From assembly GCA_051362555.1 (NCBI GenBank), contig CM120645.1, forward strand, positions 2,356,001-2,420,000: a stretch of DNA of 64,000 bases, given 5' to 3'. Positions 50,101 through 61,265 of the stretch are shown here, piece by piece (position 1 is the stretch's first letter; each line of letters starts with the position of its first letter). The position numbers were made by a program, and so were the translations under genes. Under the pieces are notes generated by a model that saw only the letters and a program-made list of their open reading frames with translations, made no database searches and was not told the DNA's origin. The DNA comes from Lingula anatina (lineage: Eukaryota > Animalia > Brachiopoda).

Positions 50101-53100
50101 GGTTCCTGTGTTCTTTATTCCCATTTGTCCAGTATTCTTAGACAGGTACTTCCAGCATGGAGTGTCGGAAAAAAATCAATACAAAGGCAATGTTTCTAAT
50201 TTTCTTAAATGCCACATGTCTTGCTGTCAGAGCTTATCTTTTCCATTGGACTTCATTGCTAAGGTGGAACTGTAGACCACATCTAGAGCAGTTTCCTGGA
50301 TAGAAAGCTTAAAAGGTTAAATGGCATTTTAGTGTCTTTGAAGATGAGTTTTTAGTCGCCTATCGTGATCTAGGTCAGTTCTGCTGTCCTGTTGTGATCA
50401 GCTCACCTTCTGCAGCAAATCTAATCCTTGTGGTTCCACTCACAGCAATTTTATTTGTGATTAGAAAAACTCTCAGAGAGTGCAGATTTCAGCAAGACAG
50501 ATAATAAACATGAAATTTACCATGAATTAATTAACTAATGGTCAATACCGAAATCTCATCACTTTTAAGTTAGCCCATTTCTGACATGCCCTGAAAATTT
50601 CATCAACATCCATCCATAACTGTGAGTTAGGATGGTGGCATACAGATAAACTGAGGTGAAAACATAAATTCCTTGGTGGAGGTAGCAAGACACATCCTTA
50701 GAAAGTCATGGGGCAGACTAAGTTTGGTCAGCCTAAATGGGCTGGAAACATGCCTGAGGTACATTGATTGGTTGGGTTCATATTTTTTCTTGCAATTTTT
50801 CTTCTAGATGGTTTTTTGCTTTGTCATTGTCAAGAGTTTACTAGCTAAATTATGGCAATATTACAAGAGAATGGATTTGTAATCTTTTGAAAATTGCCAT
50901 TAAAACTGAAACTTATGGTGAAACTTACGTGAAACCTCAGTAGCAATAATTCATTGTTTATAGGAATTACAATAAGTTTATTAAAACTGGGTCAACCAAA
51001 GGGTTGAAGTTATACAAAAAAATGAGTTAGGATAAAACAGTGAACAACTTCCATAAAATAAGATCTATAATTGACAGCAAGGGTTCGAAAAAAAAAAAAG
51101 GAGGAAATGGAAAAAGAAAATGAAATAAACATTTGGTACTATATAACAGGATTTAGTGCTTTATCTTTCAACTTATTTACTAATAGATGGTTAAAAGAAA
51201 GTTAATCAGTTTACATAGGTGTTTTGCTTGGTTATGAAGTTTAATTGCTGAAAGTCATAGATGCACTATAGAATAATAGCAAAGGCATAAATTAACATAT
51301 TTTTAAGGTTAATAGTAGGTGATCTAATAGTAGAAATTTTGCAGCATTTATTAGACTAATGACTTAATATATAAGACTTTTTCCAGACATCAGCTTTCAT
51401 TTCAATTTTAAATCATACTTGGCAAAGAATTGTTCAAGATGTTAAATAAAGATCTAGTAATAGAAATACAAATAGTGCATGAATGAAATTATGGATCCAG
51501 GTAGAGTGGGTTGACATACTGGTCTCTTGGCAGATGGAAAGTTTTGTCGCCTCGCCAGACAAGAGGTTGTGGCTGGCAAGGCATTCATTGATTTTAGAAT
51601 AATCTTGGGAGATGGAAAATACTTTGAAAAGGCCACTTTTCCTCTTCCTAAGTAAATTAAACAGAGACCCTTTGAAGGCAGAAATCATTTCGAGCAGTTA
51701 ATTCAGTCGGGTTTATCTGTGCAGAACTCTAATCAATTTTTCATCACTTCGAGTTCCCCAGGGGTTAGGCAGTTTGATTGGGGAGGTTGCATTGAAATGT
51801 GTTAATCAAATCTACAAACTAGGTATTATTACTACAGTGTTTTAAAACATTCCATGCCCATCATGTCCCCCAACACTTACTGATTTGTTTTAATTTAGCT
51901 CATCCGTTTAGGCTGTCTCATATTGGATTTTTGAGACGGATATTTGAATCAAGGAGAGTGGAAAACGTGTTCACTAATAACATCTGTCTGTATGGTTCAG
52001 GAAACGTCAGAAAAATGGTTTTGAGATGTCTGGGAGATAGTCTGGTTGGTCCTTCAGTGTCAGGAAAGTAGTAATGTTGCGAGGCTGAAGGGACGCTGCT
52101 TGTGGTTTAGCAGGGAGTTTCATGAAACGGTGAAAGTGGGATGACAGTACTTTATTGAGAGCATCCAAACTTGTATGATAACCCAGCGTTAAAACTTGTC
52201 GTCAGCTAAAGAAAATGAAGTAAATGGCCCAAGGTTCTGTTGAGTACAGAGAGGGGGAAGGGGGGGGGGCATTAAGATGATTCTTTTACATAATATCTGG
52301 ACAATTAAGCTGCTATCTTTCAGAAATTACCACAACAGAAATACCTCTTGATTTGAATAGAACAAGGTGTAGCTTATGGTCATAAATAGAGCTGCTTAAA
52401 AAAATATTGAAATCCCTTGTCTGCTTGTAAAACTAAATGTAGAATTATGTATTAGGCAAGCATGGTTGATAAAAAATAATACCATTACAAAGCCTGTTAG
52501 GTCCCCGTAGTTCCCAGAACTAGAATCTACTGGGAATGTAAGGCTGTAAATGAGCTCTTGCTGGTGTATGAAAGATTATAGACATACAAAGAGTGAGACA
52601 TTCGAGAAACTTGTCCCGCTGACTTTCTGCCAGTAGTTCTTGACTTGCGTAGGATGCTATCATTCACATGGCGCGTCTTGTTCCAAGGATATCTCAGGAA
52701 ATACTATCATCATCCCGGCTTACTGAAAAAAATTGATTTTTGATTGCCGGGTTATATATCGTTATGCCAATTCATATCTATCAAGTCTGACAGTGAAAAA
52801 CGCAGGACACCCACCTTCAGAACTACAGAGAGCAAAAGTAATGATTGATACACAGACCAGGGAGCCATCAGGATATATATCTAATGAATTAAAAGCTTTG
52901 GGATGGGATAAGCTGTCTCAGGGCTGGATAGAGGTGGTTAAAAATGCGATATTACATTAAAAGCATGGTAATTTAAGTGGTACCAGTCACAGACTTTAGT
53001 ACCTAGTGTTAGTACACTTTCTGTGCTAGTTGCATATATCCCCAAGGAATAAAGCAGCAGGCATGTGGTATACAGTGTGAGTTAACTTTATGGCCCTTTC

Positions 53101-53699
53101 AGCATTCGTCAATATTTTGTATAGAGGCCCTTTTCACATCAAGCAATCCACTGTATGGAGGCCCTTTACGCATTGGGAGAAATATACTGTCTGTCTGCTG
53201 TCTTCAAACATTTCAATTCTGAGTGTAGTATAAGTTGGCATTGATCTCAAACTTTCTGGGTGTAATGTGGAAGATAAGTGTATACACTTAACATGTTTTA
53301 CCCTCTTTAAATAAATGTTTTCAGTTTCAAGTATTGCCCCAGTGATTGCATTTCTTTTACTTACTGCAGCCAAGAAATTTAATTTATGCATTAATTGAAG
53401 TTAAGCCCTCTTGATGAAGTGCTTAAATTCAATTCAAGCACTGTTAACCACATGGTGTGATATAATTTAAGTCCTCTACACTTGCGTCACATTGTATCTT
53501 TCAGGCCAGGAGACAGGGAATGACCACTAATCTCATTTCAGCCCTCTAAATGAAGTGCTTGAATTCAATGTAACCACTCTTAAACCATATTTTTTGAGTT
53601 ACCATTTAAGTCCTCAAAAACGTTCTCACATTTTATTTTTCAGGTGAGGAGGCCATGAATGAGTACCTGAAGACTAAAGCAGTCACCATCGAGTACTGA
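33287..53699 (+). CDS. ALDH1L2: 10-formyltetrahydrofolate dehydrogenase (ALDH1L family, ALDH1L2-like, probably mitochondrial), 24 exons, 921 aa
   Basis: Exons 33287-33331, 35411-35552, 37390-37624, 37901-38066, 38418-38519, 38751-38840, 39045-39179, 39531-39662, 39829-39917, 40471-40618, 40898-41017, 41324-41386, 41768-41829, 42003-42153, 42454-42524, 42797-42902, 43082-43169, 43794-43887, 44329-44527, 44852-44925, 45055-45146, 45650-45755, 46028-46227, 53644-53699; sum 2766 nt. Formyltransferase domain ([31 protein letters not shown]), carrier domain ([12 protein letters not shown]), ALDH domain ([57 protein letters not shown]). Likely co-ortholog of vertebrate ALDH1L1/L2. Confidence 0.93.
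35776..36315 (+). repeat. Three dispersed copies of a ~40-bp motif in ALDH1L intron 2
   Basis: AGATCATAATATTGACA(TTTT/ATCC)ATGGTGT(G/A)TTGA near 35781, 36071 and 36281. Confidence 0.8.
40131..40380. mobile_element. Palindromic PIF/Harbinger (Tourist-like) MITE in ALDH1L intron 9
   Basis: TAA duplicated at 40128-40130 and 40381-40383; termini GGCTTCGTTCACATG / CATGTGAATGAAGCC; nearly the whole 250 bp is one inverted repeat. Confidence 0.88.
41493..41742 (+). repeat. (TTTA)n microsatellite interrupted by two identical 52-bp HINE-terminus-like units (period 101 bp)
   Basis: CCAATGGTGGTAAAATACCAGGAGGCAGTATCGCCTCTCCGATTTTTTAGTT at 41547 and 41648. Confidence 0.85.
47076..47121. repeat. (CT)n microsatellite
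   Basis: Direct observation; others near 57383-57421 and 57876-57911. Confidence 0.95.
50545..50686 (-). mobile_element. Degenerate HINE/DINE-like fragment
   Basis: AAAATTTCATCAACATCCATCCATAAC ... GGTGAAAACATAAATTCCTTGGTGGAGGTA resembles the terminus typical of such elements; recognised from memory of the family only. Confidence 0.4.
53404..53670 (+). repeat. Degenerate ~140-bp tandem duplication spanning the acceptor of the last ALDH1L exon
   Basis: AGCCCTCT..ATGAAGTGCTT.AATTCAAT ... ATTTAAGTCCTC ... TCACATT.TAT.TTTCAGG..AGGAG occurs twice (acceptors end at 53504 and 53643). Confidence 0.8.
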
Positions 53700-56600
53700 G
53701 CCAGTTCTAACTGGTGGATTGCTTTCTCTCTTTACAGAGGAAATAGTGTGTTAATTACTGAATATAATATACAGGAACTTGCTCATCTATGCAATGCTAC
53801 TTTTGAGGAAGGAATGAGAGAAGTTGATAAACACATAAAACGTTCTGGTAAAATACCCAGCAACCTTTGCTGTTCAAATTGTCAGCATCAAGGGTAACGG
53901 CAGAAATAGCATCAAGAGTAATGACAGAAATCTCAAATGATCCCATTTTTACCTAGCAACATGGACAGTCTATAAATCAAATGGCATCTGTAATTGAAGC
54001 TGGGTTCTTGCAATTCATTTACATGAATTAACATTTTTCAGTATTAAGATGATGAGTAAGACCTCAAGCACTGGGGTGACAATATTGAGAGAAAGTGGTC
54101 AAGAGTTGAAGGATGTAAGGCCTTTGAGGTTCATCCCAGAGACGAGGGGTTTAATTGATAAAAAAACAAAAAACTAGATCACTAGTAAAAGAGGGCACCG
54201 TCATGCCGAGAAGGAGTTTTCTGTTTGAACTTTGAACTTGTTTGAAGAGGTGAGATCAAACTGTGAAATATTTAATCTCTTTTTAATATATTTATTTATT
54301 TATTTTTAATAATATATTGATATACATAGATGTGAATGCAGCACATCAGGGTAAATACGGATGATTTGACCAGTTTTAAACTATTCCACCTTTTATCATT
54401 ATTGCTTATGATGGACATGTTTTTACATTATATAAGCAAACCAATATGTTTTTTTATCTGTAAATGATGGTTAACTTAAGATAACTTAATGGTTTTAATA
54501 TTAACAATTACTTCCATTAAATACATATTTCTTCCATGAGTTAAGAAAATGATTTGATTAGAAAATTAAGAAACTTTGATCAGGTGAAAATGACCTCGGG
54601 GTTTTAGAATTTTGTCAGTTTTTTTAATCCTACACAGCTTTCAGATGATTACCTTTCAACATGTGTCACATATCCTGGTTTGCTCTTACAAGTTTTATCA
54701 AAGAATTTTAAAAGAAAGGTGATTGTAAATTCAAGACTGTAAGTTTTAGCCTGCTTAAATGCTTGATAAATGTATGTAAAAGTCTACTCAGGCGAGGATA
54801 TCGCACCTGTTTAAAAAAAGGCAAATTCATATGGCAAATTTTTCATTTTTGGGGACAAGTTCACATTTATCTTGGATTGTAGAGCTAAATGTAAAGGAGT
54901 TTAGTAATAAAACCTGTGAAACCAATAATTTTTAATAGACGTAGAACTTGGGTCAGTAACATAGTTTTCATTGTATATATATATATTACCAATACTAGAA
55001 GTGTTTTTACAAGCCCATGTCTATAATAACCTAATATAATAATCTTAAATATTAAAAAAAACTGATGTATATATGGGCCTTTGTCGTTTGTTATAAAAAG
55101 ATTTAGATTAAGGTAAAAGTAATTAGTAATGGTTTATTTGACTATATAATGTAACCTCCCCTGAAACAAACATTTTATGGTGTGATGCTCATTTTTATTG
55201 TAACATTTTTTTCCTTTTAGCAATTTGAAAACTATTTGTATTTTATCTGAAATAGATATGGTAGTAATCTTTTAAGTAGGTCATGATTTTTGTCAGATGC
55301 TGTTGCTTGCTATCTGGAGCAAGAAATGATAACGAACAGAAGAGTACATGTAGCATTTAGCTAAATGTTTGTGATACATCTAAATTAAATTCATTGTAAA
55401 GTGTAGACAACTTAATCGACCTTAAAGTCACTGTGGACAATTTTGTAACCTGGTCAGCGTGGAAGCAAGTTGGACCGACTTCTGATTTGAAGTGATAAGC
55501 TAAACATATTACATTAGGCATATCTATTTTCTGTCTGTTGTATTGGATTGAGGTATGGGTGTTTCAATCCTAGTCACTGGCTCATTTTTCACCCGGTGTA
55601 AAAAAAGCACATTTTGTAAATTTTGTGTAAAAATGTGCACGTGAAACAGGCCCTTTGATATTTTACTAAAAAATTGTGCAATGTGCAGGGAAATTACCCT
55701 GCTTTTCAGATGAATGGCATTGACTCTTGGTTCTGTCGGAAATTTCACAGGATTTTTTTTTAGAAAACCGTGTTGTGTAACAACCTGAGCTGTTGGGTGG
55801 TGCAAGCTGACGGAGTAGTGTAAAAAATCATTTTTACAGCACTTCGAATGGTAACTGAAGTCAGTTTGCGCCAGTAGAGAGAAGTTTACATACTTTGAAA
55901 CTTTGACTGTTTTGCCATATGCTTATGGGGCCGTTTTACGGTGCCGTTGTTAACTTCAGATTATGTAGGATTTTGGTGAAATAATGTGATGTTCGCGCCA
56001 TGTTAATTTAGAGTGAATTTTTTACATTCAATACAAAATTAAGAGCAGCTATCCTCAGTTTTTGTTCTTATTATTTTGTTAGCATAATATGAAATTCGAT
56101 CTCGATTTTTTTTTCAAATTACTGTAAAATGTACAGTACAGATACATTGAATATTTTTCATTCATATAAATTTTTGTCAGTTACTATTGTTGCGCCCAAT
56201 TTGAATGTACACCGTGCGATGAAGAGTTGCGTGAAAAACTGTCTCAGACGTAGGTTGAAGATATAAATTAGCATCGCACAGCCACTTTATGGGTGTGGAT
56301 TTTAGATTGAATAAAATGTAATGAAAGAGTTTATTGGTTTATTCTTTTAATTTGTATGATGTTGACTGCAGACTGATTATGAACTTTGTTGTATTCAGAG
56401 CCACTCAGACTGAATGCAAGTTTTGTTTTTAAACACTTAAAAGTCTTTTCAAAAACTGAATACAGAATTAATCGTACACAGTCAGAAACAGACAATATGA
56501 ATGCAAGTTTTTTCGTCGTCAGCAAAACTGAACACACAACGGTAACACAAAATCACGTTTTGCGACAACTGTAGGCCTATACACCTAATGTTGATAAATA

Positions 56601-57382
56601 TTTCAGATACACAATCCCAAATCTTCCCATATCTCTTTAAACGCTATATAACACCCTGGTTTAATATACATCTTATCTTTAATCAAACGAGACAGGAAGA
56701 TTCCATGAATAGTGCTGCAGCAGATGAGAAAACAATATGACAACCGTGAGGAAGATGAAGTGAAGGCTGTCCTCGATTTAACCCCGCCTTTTCTCCTTAT
56801 GAGGATAAACTAACATTACAAAAGCAAGATACCCCTCATTTTTCTTGGGCGCAATAGTGACCAAAATTAAGGGGCAAAAAATAGCAGCAAAAGCACTGGG
56901 ACGTGAAGTTTTATTCTATGGGATATCAGAGGATTTATTGTCACAATAGTGATTTGTAGCGTGCCTTGTTTGTTTCATAAATCAAGATCAAACTGGATAA
57001 AATCAGTGAAAAGCGTGTAATCATTATGTTTAATTTACGTGATATGTTTTTAAAGCGTTAGGTAGGCGACGCACACGTGTGCTTTTGCTTTTAAGTGTAC
57101 GTTGTTGTTTGTAAGGGCGCACTAAAGCACATTGCGGATCATCGCATTTTAAAATTTGTATTGCATTTGCATCGCATTTTAAAATTTGCATCGCATTTTT
57201 AAATCTGCAGTGCTTAATTCTGAATAAACGGAAATGCATATTACGCTGACATAGGACAAGTTCTAAGGGAACACTTGAGATGCATTAGAGATTGTAAAAC
57301 TCAAATTCCAGATGCAGCGGTCTGAAATGGGAAAACAGGTCAAACACAAAGTCAATTTCACTCGAAGATTTTACCAAGAACA

Positions 57383-57421
<39 letters not shown>

Positions 57422-57869
57422 GTCGTGACAGCTTCGTTTACATATGCAACTTAATAGATTTTTGTCAAACGATTTAATCTTTGCCAATACACAGGAAATT
57501 GCTAATTGCTTAAAATTACATCGTCAATACACATACCATTAAAAATGCAACAAAAGATGCAGGAAGTCTGCGTTATGTGCATGTAATATCGAACTGATAT
57601 GTTCTTTATGCTAAACTCTACATCGAGTAGATTGCGTTGAAAATACTATCAAAATTCTTTTGTGTCATACTTTATCTTGACGTTCAGATTACTGCGTATG
57701 TTACAGAATGGCGCGTTACAGTAACTAAACTTCGGGTGGTTCCGACACGAGTGTCACGGTCTCCGACCAGCGTGATCAGACCGAAAATTGGATTGTTGTT
57801 TCAATCTTTTTGACTTGTTAACAACAACAAAATTTTAATCGTGCTACATGGTTATAATAAACAGACTAT

Positions 57870-57913
<44 letters not shown>

Positions 57914-58216
57914 ACGATGTTCAAACATTAGTGTGTTGGTCATTTTTGCTCGTTGTTATCTATCAATCGTGCATAAAAAGTGGCATTTTAAAATTCCACT
58001 GTACACGCACTATAGACACTATATCAGTCTTGTCTCCCTGTGTAAGTTAAATTGCTTAAAGATGTCATAAAAAAGATACCATCTCAAAAGGAGGGACTGT
58101 TAAACCAGCTGTTAAAGAGGCATAGATCATAGTCACTGCAAAGGACACATGGGCGCTGTTTATAGACAAAAGTTCAAGAGTTTTTTTGGTTATTTGTTTG
58201 TTATTGCATAGCGCAC

Positions 58217-58241
58217 GTGTGTGTGTGTGTGTGTGTGTGTC

Positions 58242-58305
<64 letters not shown>
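58217..58305. repeat. Compound (GT)n(GA)n microsatellite upstream of MFSD4
   Basis: Direct observation. Confidence 0.95.
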
Positions 58306-58309
<4 letters not shown>

Positions 58310-59043
58310 CCCCTTTTTCACATTTTGCACTGTCCACATTCAAAGATAAAATCAGGTCAACATCGTCCAGTCGCATTTTAAAAAACTTTGTTAATGACAC
58401 ATGGCACGCACATGGACATTTAACTGACTCTTTCACTTATACGAATGATATCATCGTTAATGTTGCCCCTTTTCCAACAAAATCACCTACCCCTTTAACC
58501 CGAATAATTCCCCCATCCCTTTATGCGCCTCTAACCATGATTGCCTTATACTATTCCGTCTTCTGCGGTGCAATTTTCTCTATAATTCAACATGTCGATA
58601 AAGAGATGATAAATTATTCATAGATAACTAGATAATGTTCTCACAGTGGAGGACAATCAACACAGAGTAGCTGGAAATATCACGCTACTCCAGGCGCCCT
58701 CTAGCGACGAAGCCAGATGTCACGTTCCTGACGCGAAGGTTCATTTATTGAAGCACTATCGCTGTCATCGAGAGCAGAGTGGACGACTTTCTCAGTCGGT
58801 CTGGTTCTGTGGAAGAGTTCAAGTTCATGAGGTTAATTTTCGCTTTTAACACACTGACACCTACACGTAAAAGGTTGTGCACACCAGTAATGCACTCGCC
58901 GTGAATCCTACATCGTCTTATTCATGGCTGAAGCGACAAGAACCCCAGAAGCGTTCCATTAACACACACGGAGTCAACAGGCTGTCACAGCTAACGTTTA
59001 CCTGAAGCGTACGTTACATCACATCCCGTTCGTGTAATACGCC

Positions 59044-59486
59044 ATGGAGCAGAATGGAAACCCCCACCCAGAATGGGAAACATTTGACGACGACGAGGGG
59101 AAAGACTTCTCTGAAAAATACGACAGAGATAACATTAAAGAACGGAATAAGTCAGACTCCTGGCCGCTGTCTTCCAAAGTGAATGGTACCACGAATGTCA
59201 ACAGGGATCTGACACACTCCGCCGCGGCGGAGGCCATGAACGAAACCACCCCCCTCTGCGCTGAGGAAGTCAGCTTCAAGTCCCTGTTCCGACAAAACTG
59301 GCACCCAACCATTGTCTACTGTAGCGTTTTCTGGAGTTTTGGGATGTGTGTGGCGTTCCTGGGACCGACGCTGTTGGACCTTGGGTGCCAGACGTCCACG
59401 GATCTGAACCACATGAGTTGGGTATTCTTTGCACAATTGCTGTGTACACTTATTGGATCTATAGCGGCCGGTTACCTGGTGAGAAG
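59044..59486 (+). CDS. MFSD4A: MFS transporter, MFSD4A-like; first coding exon only, gene continues beyond the window
   Basis: GCCATGG Kozak start; translation contains VFWSFGMCVAFLGPTLLDLGCQT...WVFFAQLLCTLIGS, matching the MFSD4A N-terminal helices (AFLGPTLLDL-CQT); donor AG|GTAGGT after 59486. No further exon recognised before 64000. Confidence 0.85.
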
Positions 59487-61068
59487 GTAGGTACCACTGA
59501 AACTGACCAAAATAACGTGAGTTTTGTTTTTTGTGCGATCGTAGGTGTAAATTGGGGGTGGGGGTGGGGGTGAGGGTTCGGCTCTGCGCCGTTAGATTTT
59601 GTGGCAGTACCTTATATGGAGGGGGTCTATGCCGAAAGTTTCTGTGGCTGTGTCTTACATAAGTGTTCGGGGGGGGGGGGGGGTCGTATGGGCGATAAGA
59701 GTGGGTGTAGTCTGTACACCTAATTCTTGTGGGTGAGCATCCTAGAACATCAGGGGCACAGTGTCACAAGGTTTTTGTGCGTTAACCGAGTAAAGTCACT
59801 TATGAATTTCCCTTTTCCACACTTGAGCTCCCCTCTCCAGGGTAGGGTACTGTTTTTATAACGATCAATTGTTCCTCCCATGCACTACTCCCCCCATGCC
59901 CGAACCCCCACCCCAATCCCTAGCTTTGCTGCTGCAATTTATATACTATATGCCCCAAAAGTCATTTCCTTCTTAATCAGCAAGTATAATAGAGAAAAAA
60001 GGAAAGCTTGTCATTAGAGCAGTCTCTTGTACTCTTCCGTCAGATAACGTTTAGACGGTAATCTACGGACATCTTTTATCGCTGATTATACTTTACGTTT
60101 GCCGCGTTATACCTATCAGATGGTAAAAGAGTAGCATAACCTACAACTCTTCCTCTTGTCGACGTTGAATAATGTTTAAATTACTCTATGAGTCCAGGAG
60201 GGTGTGTCTTCCGTTGTTTGTCGAGATCCCCGCTCTGATACTTTTGACCATCTCGTGACAGTGCATCATTGAGTAGCGAGGATTGCCAGTGACCTTATCC
60301 ATTTTAACCCGTTCATATACAGTGGCAAGTCCTCAAATTAAATATAGGCATTAAGAGGCGAACGCATATATATAAAACTGTTACTTGTTAGATTGGCATT
60401 GGTAAAAGCAACGATCTATAAATCCGACACCGAGCTCTAAACTTTCCATTTTTACCGTCACGATAGAAAATCGCCAGGTTCTTACTCCATTAAGAAACAC
60501 TGAAAAATAGACACTCAGAAATAAGATACGGATTTTTGGGACGAAATTTTGTGAACGGATTTTGAAAGGGTATTCCTTGTTGATAAAAAGAAAATAGCTA
60601 AAATTTCCAGAAAAAGTAATTTTTGCCATATTTTTGTCTAACGCTAATTGCTCGTCTTTAATCTTCTTAAAAAACGTTCTGGATATACAGACACGGTGAG
60701 CTAGATAATAAAATACGACAAGACTTTTGCCATGGCTTAATGTTTCTACACATGCATGGGCAGCATAGAATTAATGACATAAATGGTTTCACATCGTCTT
60801 ATGTCCATCTATACTGAACATTCGTTAAGAGTCTTACTAGATAAAGCATGACCAAGTACGTGAAAAAAATTCACCCGTTCCTCAATTTGCCTTAAACTAT
60901 AGTTTAATACAACATCTCAGCTTTTGTATAAAATATGGAGATGAAATAAATAGAGCCCTATATCGGGTAAGGTACCATAGTGTCCCCTCGACATAAAACA
61001 TAACATATGCGTGTATAAAACTAATTTTTCACTTCGGATGCTCTACGAAATTTTTCCATATTAACAGT

Positions 61069-61265
61069 TAGAGAGCATTCACAATAAAGTTGACCCGGGG
61101 ACTAACTAGTCCGCGTATCGAATATGGTGCGCACTTGATAATGGACTCCCACCGTCCCAGCGGAGGCAGAGCAATTAAATCTCGTCACGCATTCAAGTGG
61201 GTGGCGCCATATTTGATCCGTGGATCTGTTAGTCCGCGGTTCAACCTGTTCAGAATGCTCCCCTA
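61069..61265. mobile_element. Degenerate palindromic MITE; family shared with 6522-6580
   Basis: Arms GAGCATTC...GACTAACTAGTCCGCGTATCGAATATGGTGC vs GCGCCATATTTGATCCGTGGATCTGTTAGTCC...GAATGCTC. Confidence 0.65.

Noticed and set aside
58065-58623. ORFs with (ER)n/(SL)n tracts
   Set aside because: Translation of a (GT)n(GA)n microsatellite.
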